Part shown: positions 9,580 to 19,507 of the stretch, in pieces
How the letters are laid out: each line of letters begins with the position of its first letter
Numbering within the stretch: the stretch's first letter is position 1
Assembly: GCA_965602015.1 (NCBI GenBank)
Contig: OZ271918.1
Location: forward strand, 3,424,001-3,488,000
DNA length: 64,000 nucleotides
Direction: 5' to 3'
Origin: Salinispira sp.
Lineage (GTDB): Bacteria > Spirochaetota > Spirochaetia > DSM-27196 > Salinispiraceae
Notes under the pieces: model-generated
Told to the model about the DNA's origin: nothing
The model's database searches: none
Seen by the model: only the letters and a program-made list of their open reading frames with translations
Position numbers and translations under genes: made by a program

Positions 9580-10557
9580 ATGAAGGAAATACGCTGGGGA
9601 ATTGTGGCTCCCGGGCACATCGCTCACAAATTCGCCGCCGCAATGACAGTGGTGGAGGGATCGCGGATCGAGTCGGTGGCGTCCCGGGACATTCGTCGCG
9701 CCCGGGACTTTGCCGGACGCTTTTCCATTCCCCGGGTTTCCCCCAGCTATGCCGATCTCAACGCCGACCCCAATATCGATGCCCTGTACGTCGCATTGCC
9801 GAACAGCCTCCACATGGACGCAAGCATTCCCGCTCTCGAAAGGGGCAAGGCTGTTCTCTGCGAAAAACCCCTGGCGTGCAGCGCAGCAGAGGGACGGCGG
9901 ATGGTTTCGGCCGCCCGGAGCGGGGGCGGTTTTCTCATGGAGGCCCTGTGGACCCGATTCCTGCCGGCGTTTTCCCAGGCTCAAAAAGTCGTGTTGGCCG
10001 GGGAAATAGGCGAACTCCGGCGCATCGAGGCAGACTACTCGTTCGATATCCCTGAGAGCGCCGATCACCGCTTAAACCGGCAGGATCTCGGCGGAGGCAC
10101 CCTGCTGGACACCGGGGTGTACGTCCTGCATGCAGCCGCGGCCTTCGCCGGCATGTCTCCGGATCAAATCCAGGCGTTGGGCAGATTCTCTGAAAGCACG
10201 GTGGATGACGAGGTACTGATTCAGCTCAGCTACCCTTCGATGCTGCTGGCACAGCTAAGCTGCGCCATTAGAACCGAAGGCCGCCGGGATTTGCGGGTGA
10301 TCGGCGACCGGGGTGTACTCGAAATTCCGGCACCCTTCATCGCCGCCCAAATGGCGGTCATTCGAAGCGAAACCGGCGAGCGGCGCATCAATGAACCCTT
10401 TGATAAAAACGGCTTCGAATACCAGATTCGCGAAGCTAACCGCTGCATCAGGCGCGGGCTCACAGAGAGCCCCCGGCTCCCTCTGGACCAAAGCCTGGGG
10501 GTGCTGGAGCTCATTGACGATGTCCGGGTGCAACTGGGGGGCAGAAACGCAAAATAG
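9580..10557 (+). CDS. Gfo/Idh/MocA oxidoreductase
   Basis: WGIVAPGHIA, LCEKP, GGGTLLDTGVY. Confidence 0.88.
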   Translation: MKEIRWGIVAPGHIAHKFAAAMTVVEGSRIESVASRDIRRARDFAGRFSIPRVSPSYADLNADPNIDALYVALPNSLHMDASIPALERGKAVLCEKPLACSAAEGRRMVSAARSGGGFLMEALWTRFLPAFSQAQKVVLAGEIGELRRIEADYSFDIPESADHRLNRQDLGGGTLLDTGVYVLHAAAAFAGMSPDQIQALGRFSESTVDDEVLIQLSYPSMLLAQLSCAIRTEGRRDLRVIGDRGVLEIPAPFIAAQMAVIRSETGERRINEPFDKNGFEYQIREANRCIRRGLTESPRLPLDQSLGVLELIDDVRVQLGGRNAK

Positions 10558-10616
10558 GGCGCGTTGGGCTGTCGGAACTGGCGGAGTAAGCCGCTTCCCT
10601 GTGAAAAATGCGGGAG

Positions 10617-11522
10617 CTATCCTGCGCTCACCATGTTCCTTCCAGATTCCTTGCTCTTGTAAAGAAACCGGTCAGCCCGATCAATGATGCTGCCGCTGTT
10701 ATCCCCTTCCTGAGCCATGGTTGCTCCGACGGAAACCGTAACCTGCAGTTTCTCTTTGCCCTGCATCACATAGGACTCGGCGACAAGGATTCTCAGGCGC
10801 TCTGCAGCAGCCAGCAATCTTTCCTGGTCGACATTGCGAATTATCCCGATAAACTCCTCGCCGCCCCAGCGGCCGAAGGTATCGAAAGGGCGGGCGTTAT
10901 AGAGCAGGGTGTTCGCAACATATTGAAGCACCTGGTCGCCCATCACGTGGCCATAATCATCGTTGAAGCGCTTGAAATGATCGATGTCGAACAGAATGAC
11001 GCCGAATGATACGCTGTTCCTCTGCAGGTCCTGGAAGCGTGATAAAAGTTCTCGTTCGATATAGTGCCGATTTGCCAGTTGGGTCAGGTTATCGAGCATG
11101 GCGAGGCGCTCCAGTTCGCGGATTTTTATTTCCGTGGCCTCCATGCTGCTGATATCGGTGAACAGTTCCGCCGCGCCGTTAATGGTTCCCGCTGCGTCGT
11201 ACAGAGGATTTACCCGCACATGAACCGGAACCCGGTGGCCTTCCTTATGATGCAGGTACACCTCAAGTTCCCGTTGCTTTCCGTCCCGCATGCTCAAGGC
11301 GAGGGGGCAGAGTCCGAGACAGAGATTCACGCCCTGCTCGTTTACGTGGGTGAGAATATTCGCCCGGCATGATTTTCCCAGCAGTTCTTGGGCTGCGAAG
11401 CCGGTAATTTCTTCGGCGGCGCGGTTCCAGTAGGTGATAACCCGTTCGCTATTCACCAAATAGAGACCTTCATGGAGGTTGTTGATGATGTTTTCGAAGG
11501 ACTCTTCCAGTAAATCCACCAA
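10617..11522 (-). CDS. PAS-GGDEF diguanylate cyclase
   Basis: PAS (YWNRAAEEITG), DNLTQLANR, DIDHFKRFND, RPFD I-site, GGEEF. Confidence 0.9.
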   Translation of the reverse strand: MVDLLEESFENIINNLHEGLYLVNSERVITYWNRAAEEITGFAAQELLGKSCRANILTHVNEQGVNLCLGLCPLALSMRDGKQRELEVYLHHKEGHRVPVHVRVNPLYDAAGTINGAAELFTDISSMEATEIKIRELERLAMLDNLTQLANRHYIERELLSRFQDLQRNSVSFGVILFDIDHFKRFNDDYGHVMGDQVLQYVANTLLYNARPFDTFGRWGGEEFIGIIRNVDQERLLAAAERLRILVAESYVMQGKEKLQVTVSVGATMAQEGDNSGSIIDRADRFLYKSKESGRNMVSAG

Positions 11523-11604
11523 GGCCCGCCTGAAAAGAGATGCTAATAAAAGTATAGTGCCCCGGCAAAAATATGCCAGGGCACGGATGGGGAAATATCC
11601 CGGA

Positions 11605-12207
11605 TTAGTGATGCATCGAAAGGCCGAAGAACGGGAGTCCGCCTACATAGCGCAGATCGGGTGAAAAGCGTACGCCTCCTTCCGCCACAGCCCGCCGGGC
11701 GGCGGCTTCAGCGCCTCTTGAGGACCATACTCCCAGCAGATGGTTTAGGATATTGCCTGAAAAGAGAACAGCCGCCGAGGGAAGAAGCTCGCGGTAGTTG
11801 ACGGTTTCGAAGTACGCTTTTTTCTCCGCATAATTGTCAAAACCGGTCTGAAGCTGTTCGGGAAGCAGGAACCAGGCGGCAACCAGACTCCCGCCGGTAA
11901 CCGCAAGATGAGCGCTGAGCTGGGCGATTCCCAGCCCGGTTTGTCCGGACATGAGCTGTCCGGTTCCGGGAATAAAAAACGATGAACGGGCGACCCGTTC
12001 TATATACTTTTCTTCCTGGACGCGCACCGACATGGACTCGGCCAGTAATAGCAGGTCATCGATGAGCACATCGGAAAGTGCCGCGCCTTCGAGTCCCGGG
12101 GCCATTGCAAAAATATCCGCCGCATCGACGGCTTCGGACGAGTCATCAGCGTTGAGGGTGAAAACCGCAAGGCCCGCCAGTATTATGATCAGGATAGATT
12201 TTTTCAT
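11605..12207 (-). CDS. Hypothetical exported/membrane protein
   Basis: Signal peptide, GAGGAG RBS, SFFIPGTGQL motif. Confidence 0.65.
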   Translation of the reverse strand: MKKSILIIILAGLAVFTLNADDSSEAVDAADIFAMAPGLEGAALSDVLIDDLLLLAESMSVRVQEEKYIERVARSSFFIPGTGQLMSGQTGLGIAQLSAHLAVTGGSLVAAWFLLPEQLQTGFDNYAEKKAYFETVNYRELLPSAAVLFSGNILNHLLGVWSSRGAEAAARRAVAEGGVRFSPDLRYVGGLPFFGLSMHH

Positions 12208-12317
12208 ACCTATTCTCCTCTTTTTCTCTGTTCCGTTTAAACATAGCGATTATCCGAGGGGTAAGACAGAAAAACCTGAGGCTTAGCCAAGCAGTTCATT
12301 TAACGCGGTAAAATATG

Positions 12318-12470
12318 GGTAGTGCCCCCAAAACAGCTGATTTAAACAGCGTAAATCGTTTGCATAATGTGATTTGTCTTTCATCCAATGAAGCCATTGA
12401 TAAAACTCCTGTTTTTGATTTTCACACAGCGAGTTACACCGCACAAATCAGCTGTTTTCGGGGCAGTACC
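12318..12470. mobile_element. MITE-like element (153 bp) with 26-bp terminal inverted repeats
   Basis: GGTAGTGCCCCCAAAACAGCTGATTT vs reverse complement of the right end GGTACTGCCCCGAAAACAGCTGATTT (24/26); no transposase inside. Confidence 0.7.
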
Positions 12471-12784
12471 AATGATTTGCGGGGGTTTTTTCACACCCTA
12501 TTTATTTACCTCACGCGTAAAGCATAGCAGAAAATTTTTGTGTGGGAAAAATCCCGTACTAATACCCGCCCTGTCATAATTTTTCGATTGTAGAACCGTT
12601 AATATCTCAGTATAATAGAGAAAAGATTGTTAATTATGAAAAAGGTTTTCCTATCATTGGCAGTTATTATTATCTCATTTTAGCTAATTATTTTATTCAT
12701 TAAAATAACACTTATGTTCTCGGTATTATAAAATAAACATTGAGAATCTACTGAGTTTTGACCTCCAGTCTTCCTGTATACCCT

Positions 12785-12889
12785 TTATTCCACCATCTCG
12801 CCGGGCCGAGCGACTACCACTTCCCCGGCTTCATCGAGTTCTTTCAGGATTTCGATAATCCGCATTTTCGCCACATCTACATCCTTGAG
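12785..12889 (-). pseudogene. 3' remnant of a fliG-like gene cut by IS256
   Basis: Translates LKDVDVAKMRIIEILKELDEAGEVVVARPGEMVE*, matching the FliG C-terminal helix; abuts the probable IS end. Confidence 0.65.
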
Positions 12890-13264
12890 GGATAGTGTCC
12901 AAAACAGTTCGCAATTTCATTTAGGAGCCAGCTTCCTCCAGGTGGGTTAAGCGGCTATTTTCGGGATGAGGTCTCTTTGCTCATCCAGTATTTCCTTTTT
13001 TAATATAGGCCTTGCCGGCTGTCCAGTCTTCCGTGTATTCAATCAGGAAACAGGTCACCAATCTTAGGTAAGAGTCCTGAGATGGGAAAATCCCGACGAC
13101 TTTCGACCTCCGACGTATCTCTCGATTCAGTCTTTCCAGCATGTTTGTCGAAGCGACCTTCCGATGATCGAGCTTTGGAAATTCATAGAACTGGAGTGAT
13201 GTCAACGCCGGAATGAAATTGCAGTTTTTCACCGGAGTTAAATTGCAGACTTCCGGCAAATTTT

Positions 13265-14026
13265 TTAGAAGTCAACGACTCCGATTTTCATTCGATCCTT
13301 CATCCGATACGAGTCTCCTTTCAGGCTGATCACATGGGAGTGATGAAGCAGCCGGTCCAAAGTGGCCGTAGCAACTGCGTCATCAGTCATGATTTCTCCC
13401 CACTTCCCGAATACTTTGTTGCTGGTCAGAATGATTGATCCATGCTCATAGCGGGTATTGATCAGCTGGAAAAACAAGGCTGCCTGCTCAGCATTCAGGT
13501 TTTCATACCCAACTTCATCAATCAACAGAACGTGGGGTTTGCCAAACCAGGTCAGTTTGTTTTTCAATCTTCCCTGATCCCGGGAACGCTGTAATCGTTC
13601 AAGCAAATCAAGACAGCTGATGAAATAGGCCGTATACCCATTCATACATGCCTTCTGTCCAAGCGCTGTCATGAGGTGCGTTTTACCCAATCCACTGGGA
13701 CCAAGCAGAATGACATTCTCTTTACGTTCAATGAACGCAAGGGTGGACAGTTCGTTGAACTGCTTGTGTGTAAGACCGCCTTTCGGCCATGACAGATCAA
13801 AGGATTCAAGATTCTTTCCCTGGGGAATTCCTGAAACCTTCAAGCGGGTTTTGGCCATTCGTTCCTTTCGGGGAATCAGTTCCAGATCAATGAGTTCTCC
13901 GATCGCTTCAATCAGAGGCGCATCCTGATTCACCTGGCTTGAGAGAAAACTGTCCAGACCGGCAGCCATGAAGCTCAAACCCAACTCTTCCATACGGGCT
14001 GTAATCATTGTGCTTTTACTAGTCAT
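13265..14026 (-). CDS. istB: IS21 helper ATPase IstB
   Basis: GPSGLGKT Walker A, LLIDEVGY, LDRLLHH. Confidence 0.95.
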   Translation of the reverse strand: MTSKSTMITARMEELGLSFMAAGLDSFLSSQVNQDAPLIEAIGELIDLELIPRKERMAKTRLKVSGIPQGKNLESFDLSWPKGGLTHKQFNELSTLAFIERKENVILLGPSGLGKTHLMTALGQKACMNGYTAYFISCLDLLERLQRSRDQGRLKNKLTWFGKPHVLLIDEVGYENLNAEQAALFFQLINTRYEHGSIILTSNKVFGKWGEIMTDDAVATATLDRLLHHSHVISLKGDSYRMKDRMKIGVVDF

Positions 14027-15273
14027 GAGGCCGCCTCCTGCAGTGCAAACAAGCGGTCGTACTCCCCAGGTGAGCGGACATCAACATCGGTAGAAACCTT
14101 TATCCGTTTTCTTCTCTTGGGTATCCGGTACTGCCTTTTCCAGAGCTCGGTCAGCGCCGCTGAGTGTTCAGCCAGGTAGAACCGTTGATTTCGCAATTCG
14201 AGGTTAAGCATGAAGGTTCGGATGATCTGATCCTCTGATGATACTTCGGCCTCACCGGTGAGCGGATCGATACGTACAATTACCTCTGCACCAATGAATT
14301 GCGGGTGAACGCTGTACCAGTTGTTTCTCACCCGTACCAGAGATTCACCGGAGACACGCACATTGGTCGGTTTCCGGTAATCAAACGGCTGCGTTGGTAA
14401 GGGGGTAAGGAAAGCCTTTTCATGCGTAAAGCGTTCTGATCGGCTTTCATTGAGCCCGCCGATGACTCTGTGGCTGATATCCTCGCACCAGGTGATGACT
14501 GCTTCGTTTAACTCAATCAGTCCAGCTGGCAGTGCTTTGTGCTCGATCCAGAAGTTGTTCTCGTAGAACTGGATGAACCGTTCGACCTTTCCTTTGGTCT
14601 GAGGCCGGCGGACCTGGCATCGGCGGGGTGTGAATCCATAGTGCCGGGCCAGAGACAGCAGGTGCTTGTTGACCTGCCATTTCTCCTCTGCGGCCTGGTA
14701 GATAAAGGCGGTTTTCATGTTGTCGTACAGGATTTCTTCCGGCACCCCGCCAAAATATGTGAATGCCAATACGTGGCACATCAGAAAGGTGGCCATGTCC
14801 ATGCTCGTGGTATGAATGACAAACGGCATTCTCGAGTAGCCGAATACCATGACAAAGGCATAGAGTTTCTGCCACCGTCCGTCCACCAGCTGTTTTCCCA
14901 GGATTTTCCAATCCACCTGAGCCTGGTAGCCCGGTTCGGTTTCGAACCGGATAACTGCCTGTTTTGTGATATCTGCAGCCTTCCTGGCAGCATAATCCCT
15001 GAGGATTGTGACCCCGCCATCGTATTTCTGTTTTCGCAGGTTCCTCAACAGAACCTCCCGATTGAAGGACGGGTCTTCCTCGAGTATAGTGTCGATGTAG
15101 GGTTTGAACGGATCGAGCTTGCTCGTGTAATTCCGCTTCTTTCGAGACCTTGAAGGCTCTGCAAGGTAGTAGTGAACCATGCGTTCACTTTTTCCCAGGG
15201 CTTCGGCGATCTGACCGATTCTCTTACCCTGTTGTTTCAACATCTGTGCTTCATGCATCAGTAGCTCCAGCAT
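14023..15273 (-). CDS. istA: IS21 transposase IstA
   Basis: RFETEPGYQAQVDW, YDNMK, PQTKGKVER. Confidence 0.95.
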   Translation of the reverse strand: MLELLMHEAQMLKQQGKRIGQIAEALGKSERMVHYYLAEPSRSRKKRNYTSKLDPFKPYIDTILEEDPSFNREVLLRNLRKQKYDGGVTILRDYAARKAADITKQAVIRFETEPGYQAQVDWKILGKQLVDGRWQKLYAFVMVFGYSRMPFVIHTTSMDMATFLMCHVLAFTYFGGVPEEILYDNMKTAFIYQAAEEKWQVNKHLLSLARHYGFTPRRCQVRRPQTKGKVERFIQFYENNFWIEHKALPAGLIELNEAVITWCEDISHRVIGGLNESRSERFTHEKAFLTPLPTQPFDYRKPTNVRVSGESLVRVRNNWYSVHPQFIGAEVIVRIDPLTGEAEVSSEDQIIRTFMLNLELRNQRFYLAEHSAALTELWKRQYRIPKRRKRIKVSTDVDVRSPGEYDRLFALQEAAS

Positions 15274-15753
15274 TTTAGGGCGTGCTCCTTACTTGAATGA
15301 TTGTGTGGTAACAACCATTACAAGGTAGCATCGCCCTTTTTTTCAAGCCGGAGTCTGCAATTTTAGTCCGGTGATTTCCTGCAATTTAGCACCGGTGATG
15401 ACAAGTGAGTCTTCAAGTCCGTTATCCAGGATTTCTACCGCCTCAGGGAATTGCGATTCCAGATCTTCCATCACCTGTTTGGCATATTCCCGAGCGGTAC
15501 CGGCATCCGTTTGAAGCCAGATATGTTTGATACGGGCGGCAACATGCTCTTTGTGTTTGGCTCTGACTTTTGCCAACACGTTCCGCATGAAATGTACTTT
15601 GCAGCGTTGCCAGCTGGAAACAAGGAATTCTTTCTGGATAGGATTCTTCAATCCCAGATGAGCATCTGAGACCACAAGCCACACGGACCGAAGGCCACGC
15701 TCCTTCAACCTCTGGACCAGGAACCGGTAATTGTCTTCATTTTCAGCATCCAT

Positions 15754-15783
15754 GGCGAGTCCGACTCGAAGTGCTTGTTAAAT
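15754..15783 (-). repeat. Truncated attC (R''-L'' half only), cassette 15
   Basis: ggcgagtccgactcgaagtgcttgttaaat joined directly to IS256 coding sequence. Confidence 0.85.
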
Positions 15784-15787
15784 GCCT

Positions 15788-16636
15788 CTAAAATGCCGCG
15801 AATTCAGTCACAATATATATTTCCGAAATAGTATTTTCTTCGATCACAAAAGATAATGAATGTGTATCGATTATTATGTCAGACATAAAAATAATCCTAT
15901 TGTCTCTTTCGAAATATTCTTCTCCAATATTTGAGGAAATATCTGCAACGGTATCTCCGACGTTGATTTTATATTCAGAAGACACAAAGTTTGTGATGAT
16001 TATACTAGCAACTATAAAGCTATCATCGTTTTCATTATGGAGAATCCATAATCTGCCAAATGGAGTCCGGTACTCTTGTAAATTACTCTGTTGAAAATTT
16101 GGTATAGTCCTATCGGTATTTTGAAGTAATTGGTAATTATCTAGTCTCTCTTTTGAAATTCGAAAAGATAGATCGCCTGTCAATTCTGCTATTATCTGTC
16201 GCTGGAAGGCAATTTTTTCATAGTTCCACAATCCTACGCGTTGTATGAAGTGTTCTTCAAGCCAAAACTCCAATGGATAATCATCCCTGAAACTCACATA
16301 CTTGCCATACACCCATCCTGTAATAGAATCATCATCTAAAGTTTCGATTTGATACCAAGGGAAAGATTCACCATTTATTTCATATAGATCTGTTGTAATA
16401 GCTCGTATTTTTATAGGCGTATTTGAATTTAAGTGAGTCAAAATATTGCTCATTTGTAATACAGGCAAATCACGAACTCGCAATCGATCTGCATTTATGT
16501 AGGGAGAAGCATAAACATACTGTGATTCTGTAACTGTCTGATCATTCAGTTTGAAAGATTGTGCGAATAACGATGAACAGATAGAAATTGCAATTAGCAA
16601 TAGTATTATTTTTTTCATCTCAAACCCCGCAAACAT
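15788..16636 (-). CDS. Cassette 15: exported SH3-domain protein
   Basis: Signal peptide MKKIILL..LFA; LRVRDLP..WYQIE..GWVYGKYV. Confidence 0.75.
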   Translation of the reverse strand: MFAGFEMKKIILLLIAISICSSLFAQSFKLNDQTVTESQYVYASPYINADRLRVRDLPVLQMSNILTHLNSNTPIKIRAITTDLYEINGESFPWYQIETLDDDSITGWVYGKYVSFRDDYPLEFWLEEHFIQRVGLWNYEKIAFQRQIIAELTGDLSFRISKERLDNYQLLQNTDRTIPNFQQSNLQEYRTPFGRLWILHNENDDSFIVASIIITNFVSSEYKINVGDTVADISSNIGEEYFERDNRIIFMSDIIIDTHSLSFVIEENTISEIYIVTEFAAF

Positions 16637-16644
16637 CTAAGTGC

Positions 16645-16761
16645 ATTTAACAACCACTTAACCTGTGAGCCGTACGTTGGCATGGAGTTTGCCCTGCCCT
16701 TCAGGGCAGGACAAGCAAACTCCATGCCAATAGGCGAATCAGGCTGAAGTGCTTGTTATGT
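16645..16761 (-). repeat. attC site (cassette 14)
   Basis: 117-bp palindrome ATTTAAC...GTTATGT. Confidence 0.92.
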
Positions 16762-16824
16762 AGCTCCTTTTTCATCAGCGCAACCTGTACTACTGACTTT
16801 TTTTATTTCTGCTAATGGCAGCGC

Positions 16825-17379
16825 TTATAAGTTAGTCAAATAATTCTCATTTTGGTTCTTAATTAAGTAATTGAGTACACTAGTTTCCCTTATGATCCAA
16901 GGGAAGTTTCGATTTGCCCCCGGTTTCATTAGGGTTTTATTTTTCTGAAATGCATAGTTTGGTGATACCCATACAGGCACGATTTGGTACTCTTGTTCCA
17001 TCTTTGTCAGATTAACTTCATCGAATTTATCCATATATACTGTGCTCACATAGAAGTAAGAAATCATATGAAAATAATCATACTCCGGCAGAAACGATGT
17101 TCTAAATTCCTCGGTGATTAACGCTAAATCGCGAATTTCCTCTATCCTATATCCCGTCTCTTCATTTATTTCACGAATCAATGTCATTTCATTTGTTTCG
17201 CCTGATTCTTGGCCGCCACCAGGGAAACTGTATTCGCCAAATTTATTTGACTTGATTAAAAGCAATTTTGAATCAGATTTATCGAATATGATTCCACGGA
17301 TGCTTTTGTATGATGCTATTTTAATTTTCGAGTCATTCGGATCAGGGAAATCTACTTCCAAAAATGATAGTTTTTCCAC
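16825..17379 (-). CDS. Cassette 14: NUDIX hydrolase (copy of cassette 1)
   Basis: Nudix box GGQESGETNEMTLIREINEETGY. Confidence 0.9.
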   Translation of the reverse strand: MEKLSFLEVDFPDPNDSKIKIASYKSIRGIIFDKSDSKLLLIKSNKFGEYSFPGGGQESGETNEMTLIREINEETGYRIEEIRDLALITEEFRTSFLPEYDYFHMISYFYVSTVYMDKFDEVNLTKMEQEYQIVPVWVSPNYAFQKNKTLMKPGANRNFPWIIRETSVLNYLIKNQNENYLTNL

Positions 17380-17696
17380 TAAGTCTCCCTGAGTCTACAT
17401 AACAACGCCTTGAGCGGCACGCCGTCAATTGGCGTGGAGTTTGCCCCGCGCAGCGGGAAAAGCAAACTCCATGACAATAGGCGTGTCCGTCTCGAATGTA
17501 GCCTCTCAAATTAAATTGATCAAACCAGCATAGAAAATCTCACAAACAGTTAAACAATCTCTCATTCCACTTAGACCGGAAATTTTATCTGCCGACAAAA
17601 AAAGAGCAATGGTGTTGAAGTTTGCCGACTCCCCATTGCTCTTAAAACCTCACCCCCAAAGGGGGCAAATAAACGTTACTTATTTGTCGGATAGTT

Positions 17697-18194
17697 TTGG
17701 AAAAACTTCAAGCGCTTGGGAAACAGTTCCACTGGAAAAAACCTGAATGTTGTCCCGAGTGTGGAAGCATACGGCTATGGGGGCACGGCTTCGTTCTTCG
17801 GCAGTTTGTCGGGTTTGCCCAAGGACTGTGGATGAAGCGGTATCGATGTCCGGACTGCCATGGGGTTCATACCTGTAGGCCACAGCAGTTCTTGCCGGGG
17901 ATGCAATATCCTGTTCAAACTCAAATCTCCAGCCTGGAAGCAAAGCTTGCAGGAAAGCCGTTCCTTCAAACTGTGTCGAGGCAGATCCAGCAGCATTGGT
18001 GGAAGACATTTCTCAACCACTGCCGCCGTAGCGGCAACTGGACTGCCCCACATTCGGTTTTCCTCCGCAGGCAGAGCGATGATCAAATACCAGTAACAAC
18101 CAGGCGAATATACCGTGAGATCTGGTCAGAAGCCTGCGTACCCTACCTGCCTTTTGCGCTGACAGTGAAACCGCGTCCATTTAGCCTTGAGTGA
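17697..18194 (+). CDS. Zn-finger accessory protein of the element (DUF6431-like)
   Basis: CPEC..LWGHG..RYRCPDC; true start may be further upstream. Confidence 0.75.
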   Translation: MEKLQALGKQFHWKKPECCPECGSIRLWGHGFVLRQFVGFAQGLWMKRYRCPDCHGVHTCRPQQFLPGMQYPVQTQISSLEAKLAGKPFLQTVSRQIQQHWWKTFLNHCRRSGNWTAPHSVFLRRQSDDQIPVTTRRIYREIWSEACVPYLPFALTVKPRPFSLE

Positions 18195-18223
18195 GAAAAC
18201 GTATCACTCTCAAGGAGGAGAAA

Positions 18224-19507
18224 ATGGACAGAGAAAAGAAAGAAAAGATCGCAGTATTCCGCTTCGGGGTCATCTTTCCGCTTGTGGAGAAAGACCTACA
18301 CCAGTATTGGGGAGAGAAAGAGCGAATCCTGCGGGAGCTGGTCAGCAAGGAATGGGAGATTCCCTTTTCAAACCGAAACTACATCAGCAAGGCCACCATC
18401 CTGACCTGGGTAAAGCGCTACGAAGATGGCGGGCGGAAGATTGAAGCCTTGTTTCCTGAGAATCGCGGCGACAAGGGCCGGATGAGAAGCATTTCCGATG
18501 AACAAATCGATGCGCTCATGCTGCTTCGAAAAGAGCATCCAAAACTCTCCACCCCGCGTCTGGTTGAAATTGCTCAAGGAAACGGCGTCTTTCCGTCCGG
18601 AAAAGAGGTCTCCATGGCCAGCATTTACCGGCTCATGAAGATCCGCAAAGCCCAACGGGTCAAAGTCGAGTCTGACATGAGGAAGTTCGAGGTACAATTG
18701 CCCAACGACCTGTGGCAGTCAGACTGCATGCACGGTCCGAAAGTTCTGCATGGCGGGAAACTGAGAAAGACCTATCTGTTTGCAATCATTGACGACCATT
18801 CAAGGCTCATTACCCATGGCCAGTTCTACCTGGCTGAAACACTGGAAAATTACCTGGACTGCTTATGGACGGCGTTACGCAAGCGGGGAGTTCCCCGAAA
18901 GCTCTATGTCGATAACGGGGCATCATTTAAGGCGCACAGGCTCCAGTTGGGATGTGCTTCGCTGGAAATCGGGCTGCGCTATGCACGGCCGTACCGACCC
19001 CAGGGAAAGGGCAAGATTGAACGGTTCTTTCGTACCGTACGTAGCCAGTTTATCCCCGAGCTGCCTGATGAACTTCCTCTGGATGAGATCAACCGGCTGT
19101 TTCACCACTACATTGAAAACGGTTATCACCAGAGGATCCATGGCGGTACGGGGCAGAAGCCCCTGGAGCGTTACCTGCAGGATGCCCATGCCTTGCGAAA
19201 AGCGCCGGAGAACTTGCCTGAATACTTTCGAAAACGCGAGGAGCGAACGGTAAACAACGACCGGACGGTGAAACTCGATGGCCGTTTGTATGAAGCCCCT
19301 GCGGGATTGGTTGGCATGAAAGTCGTCCTGCGTTTTGAGAATTACGACCGGATTGAAGTCTTTCTCGAGAATCAGTCAAAGGGATTCTTAAGGGATCTGG
19401 ATCAGGGAGTGAACAGCCGCATTAAGCGGGACGGCACGGGTCCGGTCATGCCGTCGGCTTCGGGGGGAGCTCTTTTTGAAAAGCTGGGCTCAAAGGCAGG
19501 TAGCTAA
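18224..19507 (+). CDS. DDE transposase/integrase (rve core, Mu-like C-terminus)
   Basis: LWQSD, IIDDHSR, YVDNG, GKGKIERFFRT; AGGAG RBS before ATG 18224. Confidence 0.92.
   Translation: MDREKKEKIAVFRFGVIFPLVEKDLHQYWGEKERILRELVSKEWEIPFSNRNYISKATILTWVKRYEDGGRKIEALFPENRGDKGRMRSISDEQIDALMLLRKEHPKLSTPRLVEIAQGNGVFPSGKEVSMASIYRLMKIRKAQRVKVESDMRKFEVQLPNDLWQSDCMHGPKVLHGGKLRKTYLFAIIDDHSRLITHGQFYLAETLENYLDCLWTALRKRGVPRKLYVDNGASFKAHRLQLGCASLEIGLRYARPYRPQGKGKIERFFRTVRSQFIPELPDELPLDEINRLFHHYIENGYHQRIHGGTGQKPLERYLQDAHALRKAPENLPEYFRKREERTVNNDRTVKLDGRLYEAPAGLVGMKVVLRFENYDRIEVFLENQSKGFLRDLDQGVNSRIKRDGTGPVMPSASGGALFEKLGSKAGS

Larger units (their letters stand above)
13200..15403 (-). mobile_element. Complete IS21-family element (2204 bp)
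   Basis: TGTCA...TGACA ends, repeated AAATTGCAG subterminal motifs, 5-bp target duplication AGTGA (13195-13199; 15404-15408). Confidence 0.95.
12891..15753 (-). pseudogene. IS256-family transposase remnant, 5'-truncated and interrupted by IS21
   Basis: VSDAHLGL..WQRCKVHFMRN (15404-15753) rejoins in frame to LQFYEFP..STNMLERLNREIRRR (<13199); probable IR GATAGTGTCC at 12891; probable frameshift in the A-run near 12995. Confidence 0.85.

Noticed and set aside
12636..12760. AT-rich MKKVFLSLAVIII.. fragment
   Set aside because: Stops after 15 codons; too degraded to call.
18224..19507. DDE 'integrase' as the integron integrase
   Set aside because: It is an rve/DDE transposase inside its own TIRs, not a tyrosine recombinase.
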